Part shown: positions 21,299 to 31,814 of the stretch, piece by piece
Numbering within the stretch: position 1 is the stretch's first letter
How the letters are laid out: each line of letters opens with the position of its first letter
Assembly: GCA_040904565.1 (NCBI GenBank)
Contig: JBBDTI010000083.1
Coordinates: forward strand, 12,543 to 76,542
Length of the DNA: 64,000 nucleotides
From: Rhodothermales bacterium
GTDB taxonomy: Bacteria > Bacteroidota > Rhodothermia > Rhodothermales > VXPQ01
Reading direction: 5' to 3'
The notes under the pieces: generated by a model
Seen by the model: the letters and a program-made list of their open reading frames with translations, nothing else
Told to the model about the DNA's origin: nothing
Database searches by the model: none
Made by a program: the position numbers and the translations under genes

Positions 21299-22993
21299 TT
21301 AGCGTCGCAGCGCCAGGTGTTCGGCGCTATCCCATAAAGTCATCGCTTCAAGAAGAACGGTGTCGACATCATTCATGACGGCCCACCATACGCTTCGATC
21401 GAATATCCGCTGGCCGATCCGGGCCTTGATGCGCGTCTTAAAGAGATCCACGTCCGCCTCGGCTTCCGATTGTGCCACATAGACGACTTCGTCGCTGCGC
21501 TCGTCGTTTGCGTCGGAGAGCAGTGGACTCTCGTCCGGCACGACATGGATGTCGCGCTCTTCGAGAAAAGCGAGGAACCCATCATAGTCCGCCTCGCTCA
21601 GTTCGAATTCACGAATGAACTCGTCACGCCGATCGCTCCATTCCTCCTGAAACGAATCGCCATGCCGGTCGAGCCAGAGACGGGCGTACTCGTTGTCGAA
21701 CTGCCGTCCCAGAACCGCCCTGGCGACCGCCGAAGCAGAATCCGGATTGACGATGATGTCCGGCAGGATCCCCCCGCCTCCGAACACGGTCCGACCCGTT
21801 GCCGTCGTATACCGCAGCGAATCCGGCATCGCCTCCTTGATCTGCTCCGTCGTCAGCGTCCGCTCCCTCCTGAACTGGTCGGCCTTCGTCTCATAGTAAT
21901 CCATTCGTTCTCCATCGTCGTACGGAGTCTGTATCAACCGGCCTGAGGGCGTATAGAAGCGGGAGATCGTCATCCGCAGTACGCTGCCGTCTCGCAGCGG
22001 AAACTGCTTCTGAACCAATCCCTTTCCGAACGTCCGTCGTCCGACGATCAGCGCACGATCGTGATCCTGGAGCGCACCGGCCACGATCTCACTCGCCGAC
22101 GCCGAAATCTGGTTGACCAGCACCATGACCGAGCCGGTCTCGAACTCGTCACCGTCGTCGGCGACATTCTGCTGATTGTATTCATCCAGTCGGCTGCGGG
22201 CCTCCACGATGACCTCACCCTCCGAGAGGAACTCGTCAGCGATCCGAACGGCCATATCCATAAAGCCACCCGGATTGTCCCGAAGATCGAGGACGAGGCG
22301 TTCCATGCCTTCGTCCTGGAGATCGCGAAGACCGGACATGAACTCGGAGTACGTCGTCCGCGCGAAACGATCGATCCGGATGTATCCCGTCCGTTCGTCG
22401 ATCATGTGAGCGGCATCCACCGTAAAGAGGGGGATCTTATCCCGCGTGATCGTGAAATCAAGCGTTCGATCGTAGCCCGGCCGGCGGACGGTCACGTCGA
22501 CCTCCGTACCGCCTGGCCCCTTGAGCGTCCGCTGCACGTCCGCCGACGAGAAACCGATGGCCGATGAGTCATCGACGGCGATGATGCGATCGCCGGAAAG
22601 AATCCCCGCTTCTTCACTCGGCCCCCCCGGAAGCGGATTCAAAACGGTCACGGTATCCTTCCCGTCGACGCCGTCGATGATCTCGAACGAGATACCGATG
22701 CCCTCGAATGACGCATTGAAGTCCTCTCGGACCTGATTCATTTGCTCGGCATCGATGTAGACGGAATGCGGATCGAGCTCTTCCAACATACCCTCGATGG
22801 CCCGCTCGGAGAGAACGGACGAATCGACGTCTTCCACGTACCGCTCGTTGATGATCAGGAAGGCGTTTTCGAGCTTCTTGAGCGACTCGACCGTATTATC
22901 ACTCGAAAAAACGGCTCCGAGCTCGAATCCCAGTAATACGCCGACGGCCAGAACGAGAAGACCCAAGGTCGCAGGCTTGCGATACCGCTTCAT
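21299..22993 (-). CDS. S41-family carboxy-terminal processing protease with PDZ domain
   Basis: LDPHS, DLRDNPGG, SASASE and TFGKG motifs; signal peptide. Confidence 0.94.
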   Translation of the reverse strand: MKRYRKPATLGLLVLAVGVLLGFELGAVFSSDNTVESLKKLENAFLIINERYVEDVDSSVLSERAIEGMLEELDPHSVYIDAEQMNQVREDFNASFEGIGISFEIIDGVDGKDTVTVLNPLPGGPSEEAGILSGDRIIAVDDSSAIGFSSADVQRTLKGPGGTEVDVTVRRPGYDRTLDFTITRDKIPLFTVDAAHMIDERTGYIRIDRFARTTYSEFMSGLRDLQDEGMERLVLDLRDNPGGFMDMAVRIADEFLSEGEVIVEARSRLDEYNQQNVADDGDEFETGSVMVLVNQISASASEIVAGALQDHDRALIVGRRTFGKGLVQKQFPLRDGSVLRMTISRFYTPSGRLIQTPYDDGERMDYYETKADQFRRERTLTTEQIKEAMPDSLRYTTATGRTVFGGGGILPDIIVNPDSASAVARAVLGRQFDNEYARLWLDRHGDSFQEEWSDRRDEFIREFELSEADYDGFLAFLEERDIHVVPDESPLLSDANDERSDEVVYVAQSEAEADVDLFKTRIKARIGQRIFDRSVWWAVMNDVDTVLLEAMTLWDSAEHLALRR

Positions 22994-23237
22994 ACTGATT
23001 CGGTTTTAATCTCTGACTGCTGATACCCTGCCCGATGGGTCGTCCGAAACCGGTACGCAGGAAGTAGACGGCGGATCACGGGCGCGAGCCAACGTAAATC
23101 GCTGATTCTCACGCGTCGGGAAGTTACCATCGACCGGAACTGACAGGCCAATCGGGCGGATTCCAAGAATTCTTCTTACAGATAATACAGGGGGATCCTT
23201 CATAGGATCCCATACGGTGTTCACCCGTGATAACCTT

Positions 23238-24938
23238 ATGCTGACCAACAAAGACGTAGCACGGAAGCTTAAAACGACGGCGGCACTGATCGAGCTGACC
23301 GGCGGAAATGAATATCGGGCGCGTGCGCTGTCCAACGCGGCGCGTACGGTCGAGCGACTCGACGAGGCTGTAGCCGATCTAGCCGCGGAGGGACGACTGG
23401 AAGAACTTCGAGGGATCGGATCCGGCCTGTCCGTGCAAATTCAGGACCTGCTCGATAAGGGTACATTCGATCTATACGATGACCTGGTCAGCGCCCTCCC
23501 CCCCGGGCTTACCGAAATGCTGCGCGTCAAGGGGCTTGGGGCGAAGAAAGTCCGAACGATCTGGCGCACGCTCGGCATTACGACGATCGAGGAGCTGGAA
23601 GAGGTGGCGACGATCGGACGCCTGGCAGATCTCGACGGCTTCGGTGAAAAAACGCAGGAGAACGTTCTCGCCAACATCCAATTGCTGAAGAAATATTCGT
23701 CACGAAGGCGGTTCGATCAGGCGCTGGCGGAAGCGACGCGGGCTCTAGAATGGATCCGCAACCTGGACGAAGTGGTCCGCGCGGACGTGTCCGGCCCGCT
23801 CCGCAGGCAGTTCGAGACGGTCGACCGGGCCGATTTCGTCGTCGGGACCGAGTCCGTCGAGGCTGTCTGCGAGCGGCTGCACGAACGCTGGAATACGGCC
23901 AGAACGGAAGCGGGTGATGCAGCGCGTCTCGATGGGCAGATAGCGAATGGAATGCCGGCGCGAATCGACATCGTTCGACCTGACCGCTTCACACTGCACT
24001 GGTGGCGGGAGACGGGTTCGACGGATCACGTCGCATACGTCGAAAAAACGTTCGACCTTCCATCCCTCCCGTCGGAAGAAGCGGCGATATATAAGGCGGC
24101 CGGTATGCCGTTTATCGCAGCGGCGTTGCGGGAGGACGTGGGTGAATTCGAGGCGGCAGCCGCCGACGAGCTGCCCAATCTACTGACGGTGGAGGACCTC
24201 CGCGGGACCATCCACAATCACTCTCGATACAGTGACGGCGCGCATTCGCTTCGGGAGATGTCCGATGCTGCCCGCTCGATGGGCTTCTCGTACTACGGTG
24301 CGTGCGACCACAGCCGATCCCTCGCGATAGCCGGCGGTCTCAGCATCGAACGCGTGCGTGAGCAGCAGGAAGAAATTCGTCTGCTCAACGAGGCCTACGG
24401 CGACGACTTTCGTGTCTTCAGCGGAACGGAGAGCGACATACTGGCTGACGGTTCGCTGGATTATCCGGATGACGTTCTCGCCTCGTTCGATCTGGTCGTG
24501 GCCAGCATCCATACCCGTTTCAATATGTCGGCCGACGAAGCGACGGTCCGAATCATACGGGCCGTCGAAAATCCATATACCACGATTTTGGGGCATCCCA
24601 CCGGACGTTTACTTCTCCAGCGCGAAGGATATCCGGTCCATCACGAGCGCGTCATTGATGCCTGTGCGGCGCATCGCGTCGCCATCGAGTTGAATGCGAA
24701 TCCGCGTCGACTGGACCTGGACTGGCGCTGGATCCGCCGTGCGACCGACCGAGGCGTCCTCATCTCGATCAACCCGGACGCACATTCGATCGACGAGCTC
24801 CATTACATGAAATGGGGCGTTTCCGTCGCACAGAAAGGATGGCTCACGCCCGAACAATGTCTGAACGCCAAAAGCCTGTCGGATTTTACGGCATGGCTCG
24901 AATCCAGGCGATCCCAGCAGGGCGTCGGCCAGGTGTAA
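23238..24938 (+). CDS. polX: DNA polymerase X family / PHP-domain protein (non-canonical polymerase site)
   Basis: HhH motifs (GIG, GLGAKK, GFGEK) and PHP motifs HNHS..SDG, DHS, GHP, ELN, DAH; ATG 23238. Confidence 0.92.
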   Translation: MLTNKDVARKLKTTAALIELTGGNEYRARALSNAARTVERLDEAVADLAAEGRLEELRGIGSGLSVQIQDLLDKGTFDLYDDLVSALPPGLTEMLRVKGLGAKKVRTIWRTLGITTIEELEEVATIGRLADLDGFGEKTQENVLANIQLLKKYSSRRRFDQALAEATRALEWIRNLDEVVRADVSGPLRRQFETVDRADFVVGTESVEAVCERLHERWNTARTEAGDAARLDGQIANGMPARIDIVRPDRFTLHWWRETGSTDHVAYVEKTFDLPSLPSEEAAIYKAAGMPFIAAALREDVGEFEAAAADELPNLLTVEDLRGTIHNHSRYSDGAHSLREMSDAARSMGFSYYGACDHSRSLAIAGGLSIERVREQQEEIRLLNEAYGDDFRVFSGTESDILADGSLDYPDDVLASFDLVVASIHTRFNMSADEATVRIIRAVENPYTTILGHPTGRLLLQREGYPVHHERVIDACAAHRVAIELNANPRRLDLDWRWIRRATDRGVLISINPDAHSIDELHYMKWGVSVAQKGWLTPEQCLNAKSLSDFTAWLESRRSQQGVGQV

Positions 24939-24939
24939 G

Positions 24940-27108
24940 ATGGCTAGAATGCTTGCGATCGCCGCGATCGTCGTGCTGTGCGTTGTCGGCGCAGCCGGTA
25001 CCCTGCTCTTCCTTGCCTACGGACTATCCAACACGCCCCCTCGGAGCGTCGCCGTATCCCGGTTGAACGATTCGACGGTTGTAACAATGTACGAGAGCGG
25101 GTCGGCTTCGATACGAGCTCGTTCTCGCGAGGATGCCTATGCAGCGCTCGGCTTCCTGCACGCTGCCGAACATGGGTGGACCATGACGCTCTGGCAGCGA
25201 ACCGCTCGAGGCCGGCTCTCGGAGTGGCTCGGCGAGGCGCTGCTCCCGATAGACCGACTCACCCGTCGACTCGGCCTCGCGGCGTTTGCGGAGGCTGCCT
25301 ATCTCGATCTACCGTCCGAGGAGAGAAGGCTGCTGGATGCCTACGCCCGTGGCGCGAATGCCGCCCTGCTGCGCACGCGTGCAGGGCGAGCCAGGGAGTT
25401 TTCAGCGCTCGCCGTCACGCCCGATTCGTGGCAGCCGTGGTTCAGCCTGTCGATCGATCGACTCTTCGCGTGGCTGTCGGCAACGGTCCCTCCTGAGGAC
25501 AGGCTGAAAGAAGCTCCGCGCGAGCTCCGAGACTTCCTGGATACAGGCGATCGTCTCAAACGTTTGCTTCACGTTCACGGCTTCGATGCCGGATTGGCGT
25601 GGACGTTTCGGGACACGGCCGAAACCGTGCTGGCGCAGCGGCACGTGACGGGGGCCTCGGCGCCGGCGGTGTACCAACCGGTGGAGCTCGCCTTCCCCAC
25701 GGCAGGATCCCTTGCCGGGGCGACACTTATCGGCACGCCGTTCATGCCCGCCGGACGAAACGCCCGCCATGCGTGGGCCGTATTGTTTTCCGGCTCGGCG
25801 GAGGTGGTAGCGACCACGAGAGACTCGTCCACCTTCCCGCTCCAATTCGAAAGGCTGAACACCATCGACGGTGACGAACATGTCCTTCGCTTCCGTCGCG
25901 AGGCGGGCGCGCTCTACTTTCAGCCGGATCCGCCCTCAACGCCCTGGATCGATGTCGATTCGCCTCTCGCGGCTGCGCAACCGGAAGACGGACGTCAGGC
26001 TCCACCAGGATGGCTCGTCCGGTGGCGCGGTCTGGATTCTATCGAGGATGCGACCGCCTGGATGCACCTTCAGGCTGACGGACCCGCTGCATTTCGGATT
26101 TATGAGGGTGACGGATTGATCATGTACAGAGACGGGTCCTCGGACGTCCTCGGAACGCCGCGCTTTGTCTACGAGCACGACCGTGGCGTGGCCGTAGGCA
26201 ATAACGCCTGGACCCATTATGCCGTAGAGCGTCTCGACTCCATTTCTACCGTGGATACGGCACCTCAGGGTACGCCGGCTTACTTCGATGATGTCCGCAG
26301 CACGTGGGCCTCCGTGCGCGCCGCGGGTCTGATCGCGGAAGCAAGCGCAGCAACAGACCCTATCCCACTCGTACGCGAGGCACTCACCTATCTTCGCAAC
26401 TGGGACTATAGCTACGATCGGGCAAGTATTGCGGCATCCATTTTCGATGCGTGGACGATCGCCTTGCGCTCGGCAGCGCCGGACTCGTCGCGACCAGACT
26501 CGTCACCGCCAGACTCGTCACCGCCAGACTCATCATCGCCGGACTCGTCCTCGCCAGATCCATCGGCGGCAGAGGGTACCGGCGCGGCGCCGGACGCTCG
26601 GGTGGCTGGGGATGGCGGTGGCTCGTCGGACTCCCTGGCGGCAGGGGTTGCCGGGTCGCCGTCTCCGGTGCGGCCGGCTGCCTACGTTGCGCTCGAAGAC
26701 GCCGTTCGGACGCTGGCGTCGGAATACGGTGAGGATCCGAGCCAGTGGCGGTGGGAACAGACGCAACCGCACCGTTATCACTTTCCCCTCTGGTCCTCCG
26801 ACGCCTCGCTCGCCGTCGACCTCGAGCCTCTGGCACGTACGCGGTATGCGCCCATCACCCTGCAGGGATCGGGACACGAGACCACCCTGTATCATGGCCC
26901 TTCGAGGATCTCCGGAGGGGCGGCTGCACCATCTCGCTTTGAGGCGTGGACGTCCACAGCTCGATGGGAGGCCTTCAACTACCGCAGCCGGCGCTTTCCC
27001 GTACACCGGTTCCTCGGAAGGTATCTTGTCTCGGACCGTATCCCCGACCCCGCCGCCGTTCCGGCGCGGGGTCGGGTCGCGTATACAACCACACTGCTTC
27101 CCGACTGA
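24940..27108 (+). CDS. Penicillin acylase (Ntn hydrolase)-like membrane-anchored protein, divergent
   Basis: ALGF.HA..R..GRLSE.LG, YA.G.NA, L..WD and WRW motifs of the family; no recognisable Ser-Asn nucleophile. Confidence 0.75.
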   Translation: MARMLAIAAIVVLCVVGAAGTLLFLAYGLSNTPPRSVAVSRLNDSTVVTMYESGSASIRARSREDAYAALGFLHAAEHGWTMTLWQRTARGRLSEWLGEALLPIDRLTRRLGLAAFAEAAYLDLPSEERRLLDAYARGANAALLRTRAGRAREFSALAVTPDSWQPWFSLSIDRLFAWLSATVPPEDRLKEAPRELRDFLDTGDRLKRLLHVHGFDAGLAWTFRDTAETVLAQRHVTGASAPAVYQPVELAFPTAGSLAGATLIGTPFMPAGRNARHAWAVLFSGSAEVVATTRDSSTFPLQFERLNTIDGDEHVLRFRREAGALYFQPDPPSTPWIDVDSPLAAAQPEDGRQAPPGWLVRWRGLDSIEDATAWMHLQADGPAAFRIYEGDGLIMYRDGSSDVLGTPRFVYEHDRGVAVGNNAWTHYAVERLDSISTVDTAPQGTPAYFDDVRSTWASVRAAGLIAEASAATDPIPLVREALTYLRNWDYSYDRASIAASIFDAWTIALRSAAPDSSRPDSSPPDSSPPDSSSPDSSSPDPSAAEGTGAAPDARVAGDGGGSSDSLAAGVAGSPSPVRPAAYVALEDAVRTLASEYGEDPSQWRWEQTQPHRYHFPLWSSDASLAVDLEPLARTRYAPITLQGSGHETTLYHGPSRISGGAAAPSRFEAWTSTARWEAFNYRSRRFPVHRFLGRYLVSDRIPDPAAVPARGRVAYTTTLLPD
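26479..26568 (+). repeat. In-frame 15-bp tandem repeat (about 6 copies) encoding PDSSx
   Basis: ccagactcgtcaccg-like units giving PDSSRPDSSPPDSSPPDSSSPDSSSPDPSA. Confidence 0.9.
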
Positions 27109-28025
27109 TGGTGGACAAAACGCCGATATATATTGGTATCGATGCGGGCGGATCCAAGACCGAGTTGCTCGCCGCGCATGAACAATCCGACGAGCTCCTG
27201 AATCTGTTCGGCGCATCCGGCAATCCGGCCCGCGTAGGGTTCGACGGTTCCATCGACGTCCTTTCGGAACTCATCTTTCAAGCCACGGAACGCCTTCCCC
27301 ATGGGGCGGTCACATCGGTCTGTGCAGGTGTCGCCGGCGCGGGCCGGGAGCGGGACCAGCATCGCATTCGAGAAGGCATCATGAACGAGTTGGGAGATCG
27401 CGCTCCTCATCGCCTCCGCATCACGCACGACGGGGACATCGCCCTGGAGGCCGCTTTCGAAGGCCGTAGCGGGATCATGGTTATCGCCGGTACCGGCTCC
27501 GTCACGCTCGCGAGAACGCGTGATGGGGCGTTTTTGAGAGCGGGTGGATGGGGATACCTGATCGGAGACGAGGGAAGCGGTTACGCGCTGGGAGCCGGCG
27601 GATTGCGAGCACTGGCGCACGCGTTCGACGGCGGGCCCGATACGGCCATTTCGGAGCTCCTCGCCGCCTCACGCGACGTCGCGACGCCGGATGACCTCAA
27701 CGAGCTCGTCTATCAGAAGAAGGTCCCACTCCAGAAATTTGCCCCTCTCGTCATACAGGCCGCACGCGACGGTGATGCGATCGCCCGAGAGATCCTTTCG
27801 AGGGAGACTCGCGGTCTGGCACAACAGGTTCGCTGGCTTGCGGATCGATGCCCGAGCGTTCGTCCGCGTGTGGCGCTGCTCGGGGGCGTAACAAATGAAC
27901 CCACGTATCGCGAGGCGCTCCGTGACGCCCTGCTGGAAGTGCTGCCGGACTGGAAGATGACCGAGCCGCTCAATCGCCCCGTCGTCGGCGCGTGGAGAAT
28001 GGCCCGCACGCTGTCCGGCGCATAA
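27108..28025 (+). CDS. BadF/BadG/BcrA/BcrD-type sugar kinase (N-acetylglucosamine/MurNAc kinase-like)
   Basis: GIDAGGSKT, IAGTGS and RAGGWGYLIGDEGSG motifs; ATG overlaps the upstream TGA. Confidence 0.9.
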   Translation: MVDKTPIYIGIDAGGSKTELLAAHEQSDELLNLFGASGNPARVGFDGSIDVLSELIFQATERLPHGAVTSVCAGVAGAGRERDQHRIREGIMNELGDRAPHRLRITHDGDIALEAAFEGRSGIMVIAGTGSVTLARTRDGAFLRAGGWGYLIGDEGSGYALGAGGLRALAHAFDGGPDTAISELLAASRDVATPDDLNELVYQKKVPLQKFAPLVIQAARDGDAIAREILSRETRGLAQQVRWLADRCPSVRPRVALLGGVTNEPTYREALRDALLEVLPDWKMTEPLNRPVVGAWRMARTLSGA

Positions 28026-28047
28026 CGACTTCCCGGATGCCGACGCC

Positions 28048-29709
28048 CTACACGTCTTCGTCGGACGACGCTTGCGGATACCTGACTTCTTCCACCAAAT
28101 CCTGCACGCTCGCGGGAGGTGCCGACGTGGCCATCGAGACTCCTACCGTGATGGCGAAGTTCAGGAGCATGCCAATCACACCGATGCCCTGAGCATTGAT
28201 CCCCATAAATGAATCGATGACCGGCTCGTCCATGCCGGGAATCACGTTCTGGGCGCGCATCAGCGCGATCATGATAAAGGTAAAGGCCAGCCCGATACTC
28301 ATACCCGCTATCGCACCTTCCTTATTGGCCCGCTTCCAGAAGATGCCGAGCACGATGATCGGGAAGAACGACGCGGCGGCGAGACCGAAGGCAAAGGCGA
28401 CCACCTCGGCCACGAACCCGAGCGGATAGATCCCCAGAAATCCCGCCAGCACGACGGCGAGAAAGATCATCATCCGCCCAACAAACAGCCTGCGCTTCTC
28501 GGTCGCCTCCGGATTGATGACGGATCCATAGATATCGTGTGCCAGGGACGACGAGATCACGAGCAGGAGTCCGGATGCGGTAGAGAGTGCCGCCGCGAGA
28601 CCGCCGGCGGCCACGAGGGCCACGACCACATTCGGAAGGTTGGCAATCTCCGGCGTAGCCAGGACGATAATGTCCCGGTTGACAGCGGCCAGAAACTGGT
28701 CGGCCGTCTGGATACCCCCTTCCGGAATCTGGATGAGTCCGGTCGCCGCCCAGTTCTGCACCCAGCTTTGATTCACGATGTCCGGGCCCAGCTCCGCGAA
28801 CTGATTGAGCATGTAATATTTGGCAAACATGGCCACGGCGGGCGCCGTAGTGTACAGAATACCGATGAAGAGAAGCGCCCAGAAGGCCGACCAGCGTGCC
28901 GCCTTGACACTCTTGACCGTATAGAAACGCACGATGACGTGAGGGAGTCCGGCCGTTCCGGCCATCAGACACAGCGTGATGCAGAATACGTTCAGCATCG
29001 AGAGGTTGGAAAACGGACTGGAATAGGCCGTCAGTCCGAGGTCGCGCTGAATGGCATCCAGTTTCGGAAGGATCTCCTCGATGGCTATCTGCGGAACGGG
29101 ATTGCCCGTCAAAACGAGCGCGATCGCGATGGCCGGCACCGTATAGGCGAAGATCAGCACGCAGTACTGCGCGACCTGCGTATAGGTGATCCCTTTCATA
29201 CCTCCCAGCACGGCGAAGAAAGCGACGATGACCATGCCGATCCCGACGCCCATCTCGAAGGGTATCTCGAGGAAGCGACCGAACGCCACCCCTACGCCGG
29301 CCATCTGCCCGGCCACGTACGTGAAAGAGACGAATATCGCGGCCACGGCCGCCACGACGCGCGCCGTTTTCGAATAGTAGCGAGCCCCGACGAAATCCGG
29401 GACGGTGTACTGGCCGAATTTGCGCAGAAACGGTGCCAGAAGGAGAGCCAGCAGTACGTATCCTCCCGTCCAGCCCATGAGATACACCACACCGTCGTAT
29501 CCCATAAACGAGATCAGACCCGCCATAGAGATAAACGACGCCGCACTCATCCAATCAGCCGCCGTGGCGGCTCCATTCGCGATCGCCGGCACGCCCTGGC
29601 CGGCCACGTAGAAGCCTTTGGTTGAGGATACGCGGCTAATGTATCCGATGTAGATGTAGGCGGCGAAGGTAACGCCGACGATGATCCACGTCCATGCCTG
29701 GATACCCAT
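28048..29709 (-). CDS. Sodium:solute symporter, acetate permease ActP-like
   Basis: ATAADWMSAASF, GTAGLPH...RF and AAALST motifs; paired with a DUF4212 gene. Confidence 0.88.
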   Translation of the reverse strand: MGIQAWTWIIVGVTFAAYIYIGYISRVSSTKGFYVAGQGVPAIANGAATAADWMSAASFISMAGLISFMGYDGVVYLMGWTGGYVLLALLLAPFLRKFGQYTVPDFVGARYYSKTARVVAAVAAIFVSFTYVAGQMAGVGVAFGRFLEIPFEMGVGIGMVIVAFFAVLGGMKGITYTQVAQYCVLIFAYTVPAIAIALVLTGNPVPQIAIEEILPKLDAIQRDLGLTAYSSPFSNLSMLNVFCITLCLMAGTAGLPHVIVRFYTVKSVKAARWSAFWALLFIGILYTTAPAVAMFAKYYMLNQFAELGPDIVNQSWVQNWAATGLIQIPEGGIQTADQFLAAVNRDIIVLATPEIANLPNVVVALVAAGGLAAALSTASGLLLVISSSLAHDIYGSVINPEATEKRRLFVGRMMIFLAVVLAGFLGIYPLGFVAEVVAFAFGLAAASFFPIIVLGIFWKRANKEGAIAGMSIGLAFTFIMIALMRAQNVIPGMDEPVIDSFMGINAQGIGVIGMLLNFAITVGVSMATSAPPASVQDLVEEVRYPQASSDEDV

Positions 29710-29713
29710 CGGC

Positions 29714-30016
29714 TCAGCCCTCCTTCGGCTCAGGGGGAAGGGACATGTCGACGCGGCCCTCCCGCCGCTCTTCGAGCCCGGCCTGCCGATCCGCCCGCCC
29801 GCTAAGTACGGCGTAGATCAGGACCAGCACGATGAACACGAAGATGGATCCCTGCTGCCCCATCCAGAACCCGAGCGGCATATCGCCGAGATGAATTCGA
29901 TTAAGCTGCTCGACGAAGAGGATACTGAGTCCCAATCCAACCACCGCCCACACGACGAGCAACAACGTCGTCCTCCGAAGTTGTCGTCGCCAGTACGTCA
30001 CCCTATCTATCTGCAT
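29714..30016 (-). CDS. DUF4212-family small symporter subunit
   Basis: YW......LL.VW and PLGFWMGQQGSI motifs. Confidence 0.9.
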   Translation of the reverse strand: MQIDRVTYWRRQLRRTTLLLVVWAVVGLGLSILFVEQLNRIHLGDMPLGFWMGQQGSIFVFIVLVLIYAVLSGRADRQAGLEERREGRVDMSLPPEPKEG

Positions 30017-30162
30017 GACCGCATCGTTCTTTCGCGAGTACCGTTTCGATCCGGCCGTAGTATAGCATCGCGATTGGACTCATGCCACGGGCTTTAGGCC
30101 GTCGACGCTCGATTCGGACGAATCTCGCCACGCGGCCACGCCCGAACTCACGCTGACGCCGG

Positions 30163-31563
30163 TCAGGCGGTCCGTCTATTATGGATAACGGACGAGACGG
30201 CGGTAATTATTCCCAGGAGAACGAGAAGCAGAAGATCGAGACGCGCCGGGCCAACCAGTGACGGTACAAGTCCGACTAGAGAGAGAATGAAGAGGATGAG
30301 TCCGACGGCCGTAGCTACAACGACCTCCCTTCCTGGCGCACGTCGACATATGACGCCTGCGATCACCATGGGTCCCACCAGCGCGGTTCCGTTGAAGCTT
30401 ACGCGGGCCAGCAGCACGAGTTGGTCGCTGCTCACTACCGAGAATATCAACGCCACCAGACCGAAACCCAGGATCGCTCGTTTCGTCTGCTTGAGGACGG
30501 CGGTCGTTTCGCCGGAAAGCAACGAGCGCAACTCCGTCCCCAGTGCAAATATCTGCGAGTCCGCCGTCGACATGGCTGCGGTCAGCAATCCGACCACGCA
30601 GGCGGCACCGACGATACCGCTCTGTTCGAACAGAAGCACATTTGCAAGAAACTCGCGGGTCGTCGCCTCCGGATAGCGCACGGCACCGTACATCCCGATC
30701 GCCGCAACGGGAATAAGAATGACAATGGCAAAACAACCGATGGACACGGCCATCCGATTCAGCTCCTTTCGGTTTCGAATCACGATGAGCCGAGTCGTAA
30801 GCTGCGGCTGGGTCGCGGGAAGCAGCAGCACGCCGAAAAATGAGGCAACCAGAAACTGAACTGTAAAGAGGCCCTGCGGGCCGGGCGTAGAAAGCAGCTG
30901 CCGATCGACAGCCTCCGCCGCCGCAAAAAGCTCCCCGACTCCGCCGAACTGCATGATCGACGAAACGGCTACGATCCAGACCACCAGGAGCAGCGTAAGT
31001 CCCTGCAGAATATCGCTATATATGATTGCCCTCAGCCCGCCGATCTCACTATACAGGAGCATGACGGCAAGAATGCCCGCCGACCAAATCCAGGCGGGAA
31101 GGGCCTCCGGGAAAATCGCTTCAAGAAATATCGCCAGGCCGCGAATCTGAATGGCCACGTAGGGTATCAGGAACAGGAAGACGCCCCCGAAATACGTGTA
31201 GCCGGCCCATTTGTCGTCGTAGAGGGATCCGAGAAGCCCGGCGGTACCGCGAAAACCTCGTGCACGCGCACGCTTGCGCAGATGATACCCAAACCAGATA
31301 ATCAGCACGACCTGCGCACCGTCCGAGACGGCCAGGAAGATCCACGCACCTACGCCATGCGTCCGAAAGAAATCGGGCATGCCCATCAGCGTAAACGTGC
31401 TGAAGAGCGTTGCGGCATACGTAAGGAGCCCAACAAGGGCCCCCAGATTCGACCCCGCCAGTACGTAGTCATCGGCGGTCTTCGTTCGTTTCCAGGAGAC
31501 GTACGCGGCGAGACAGAGGAGGGCCGCATAGACCGAGCCGAGAATCCAAAGCCAGGTAATCAT
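30163..31563 (-). CDS. Sodium:solute symporter family protein
   Basis: DYVLAG, ATLFSTFT..G, GGLRA...DILQG and AAMSTADSQ motifs; start taken at ATG 31563. Confidence 0.88.
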   Translation of the reverse strand: MITWLWILGSVYAALLCLAAYVSWKRTKTADDYVLAGSNLGALVGLLTYAATLFSTFTLMGMPDFFRTHGVGAWIFLAVSDGAQVVLIIWFGYHLRKRARARGFRGTAGLLGSLYDDKWAGYTYFGGVFLFLIPYVAIQIRGLAIFLEAIFPEALPAWIWSAGILAVMLLYSEIGGLRAIIYSDILQGLTLLLVVWIVAVSSIMQFGGVGELFAAAEAVDRQLLSTPGPQGLFTVQFLVASFFGVLLLPATQPQLTTRLIVIRNRKELNRMAVSIGCFAIVILIPVAAIGMYGAVRYPEATTREFLANVLLFEQSGIVGAACVVGLLTAAMSTADSQIFALGTELRSLLSGETTAVLKQTKRAILGFGLVALIFSVVSSDQLVLLARVSFNGTALVGPMVIAGVICRRAPGREVVVATAVGLILFILSLVGLVPSLVGPARLDLLLLVLLGIITAVSSVIHNRRTA

Positions 31564-31814
31564 GCGCGGGACTCCTCGGACCGGCCCGCGTCTTCCGGAT
31601 CCTCCGCGTCGGTCGGCGAGAGCTTCGCTGCGAGCGACGCGAGAAACACGAGTGTGATGGTAACCACGATGCCGGCCCACATCGTGCGGGGCATGCCGAA
31701 CAGCCAGGGTTCGATCACGCCGGACGGAATCACCAACGGTGTGAAAGCGATTGCCGAAACGAGCGCGGCTGCCGCATACACGAGGTACAATCCTGCCTTA
31801 CGACACACCGTCAT
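31560..31814 (-). CDS. Small two-TM symporter accessory protein
   Basis: Two TM helices with a PWLFGMP..W motif; overlaps the symporter start. Confidence 0.7.
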   Translation of the reverse strand: MTVCRKAGLYLVYAAAALVSAIAFTPLVIPSGVIEPWLFGMPRTMWAGIVVTITLVFLASLAAKLSPTDAEDPEDAGRSEESRA

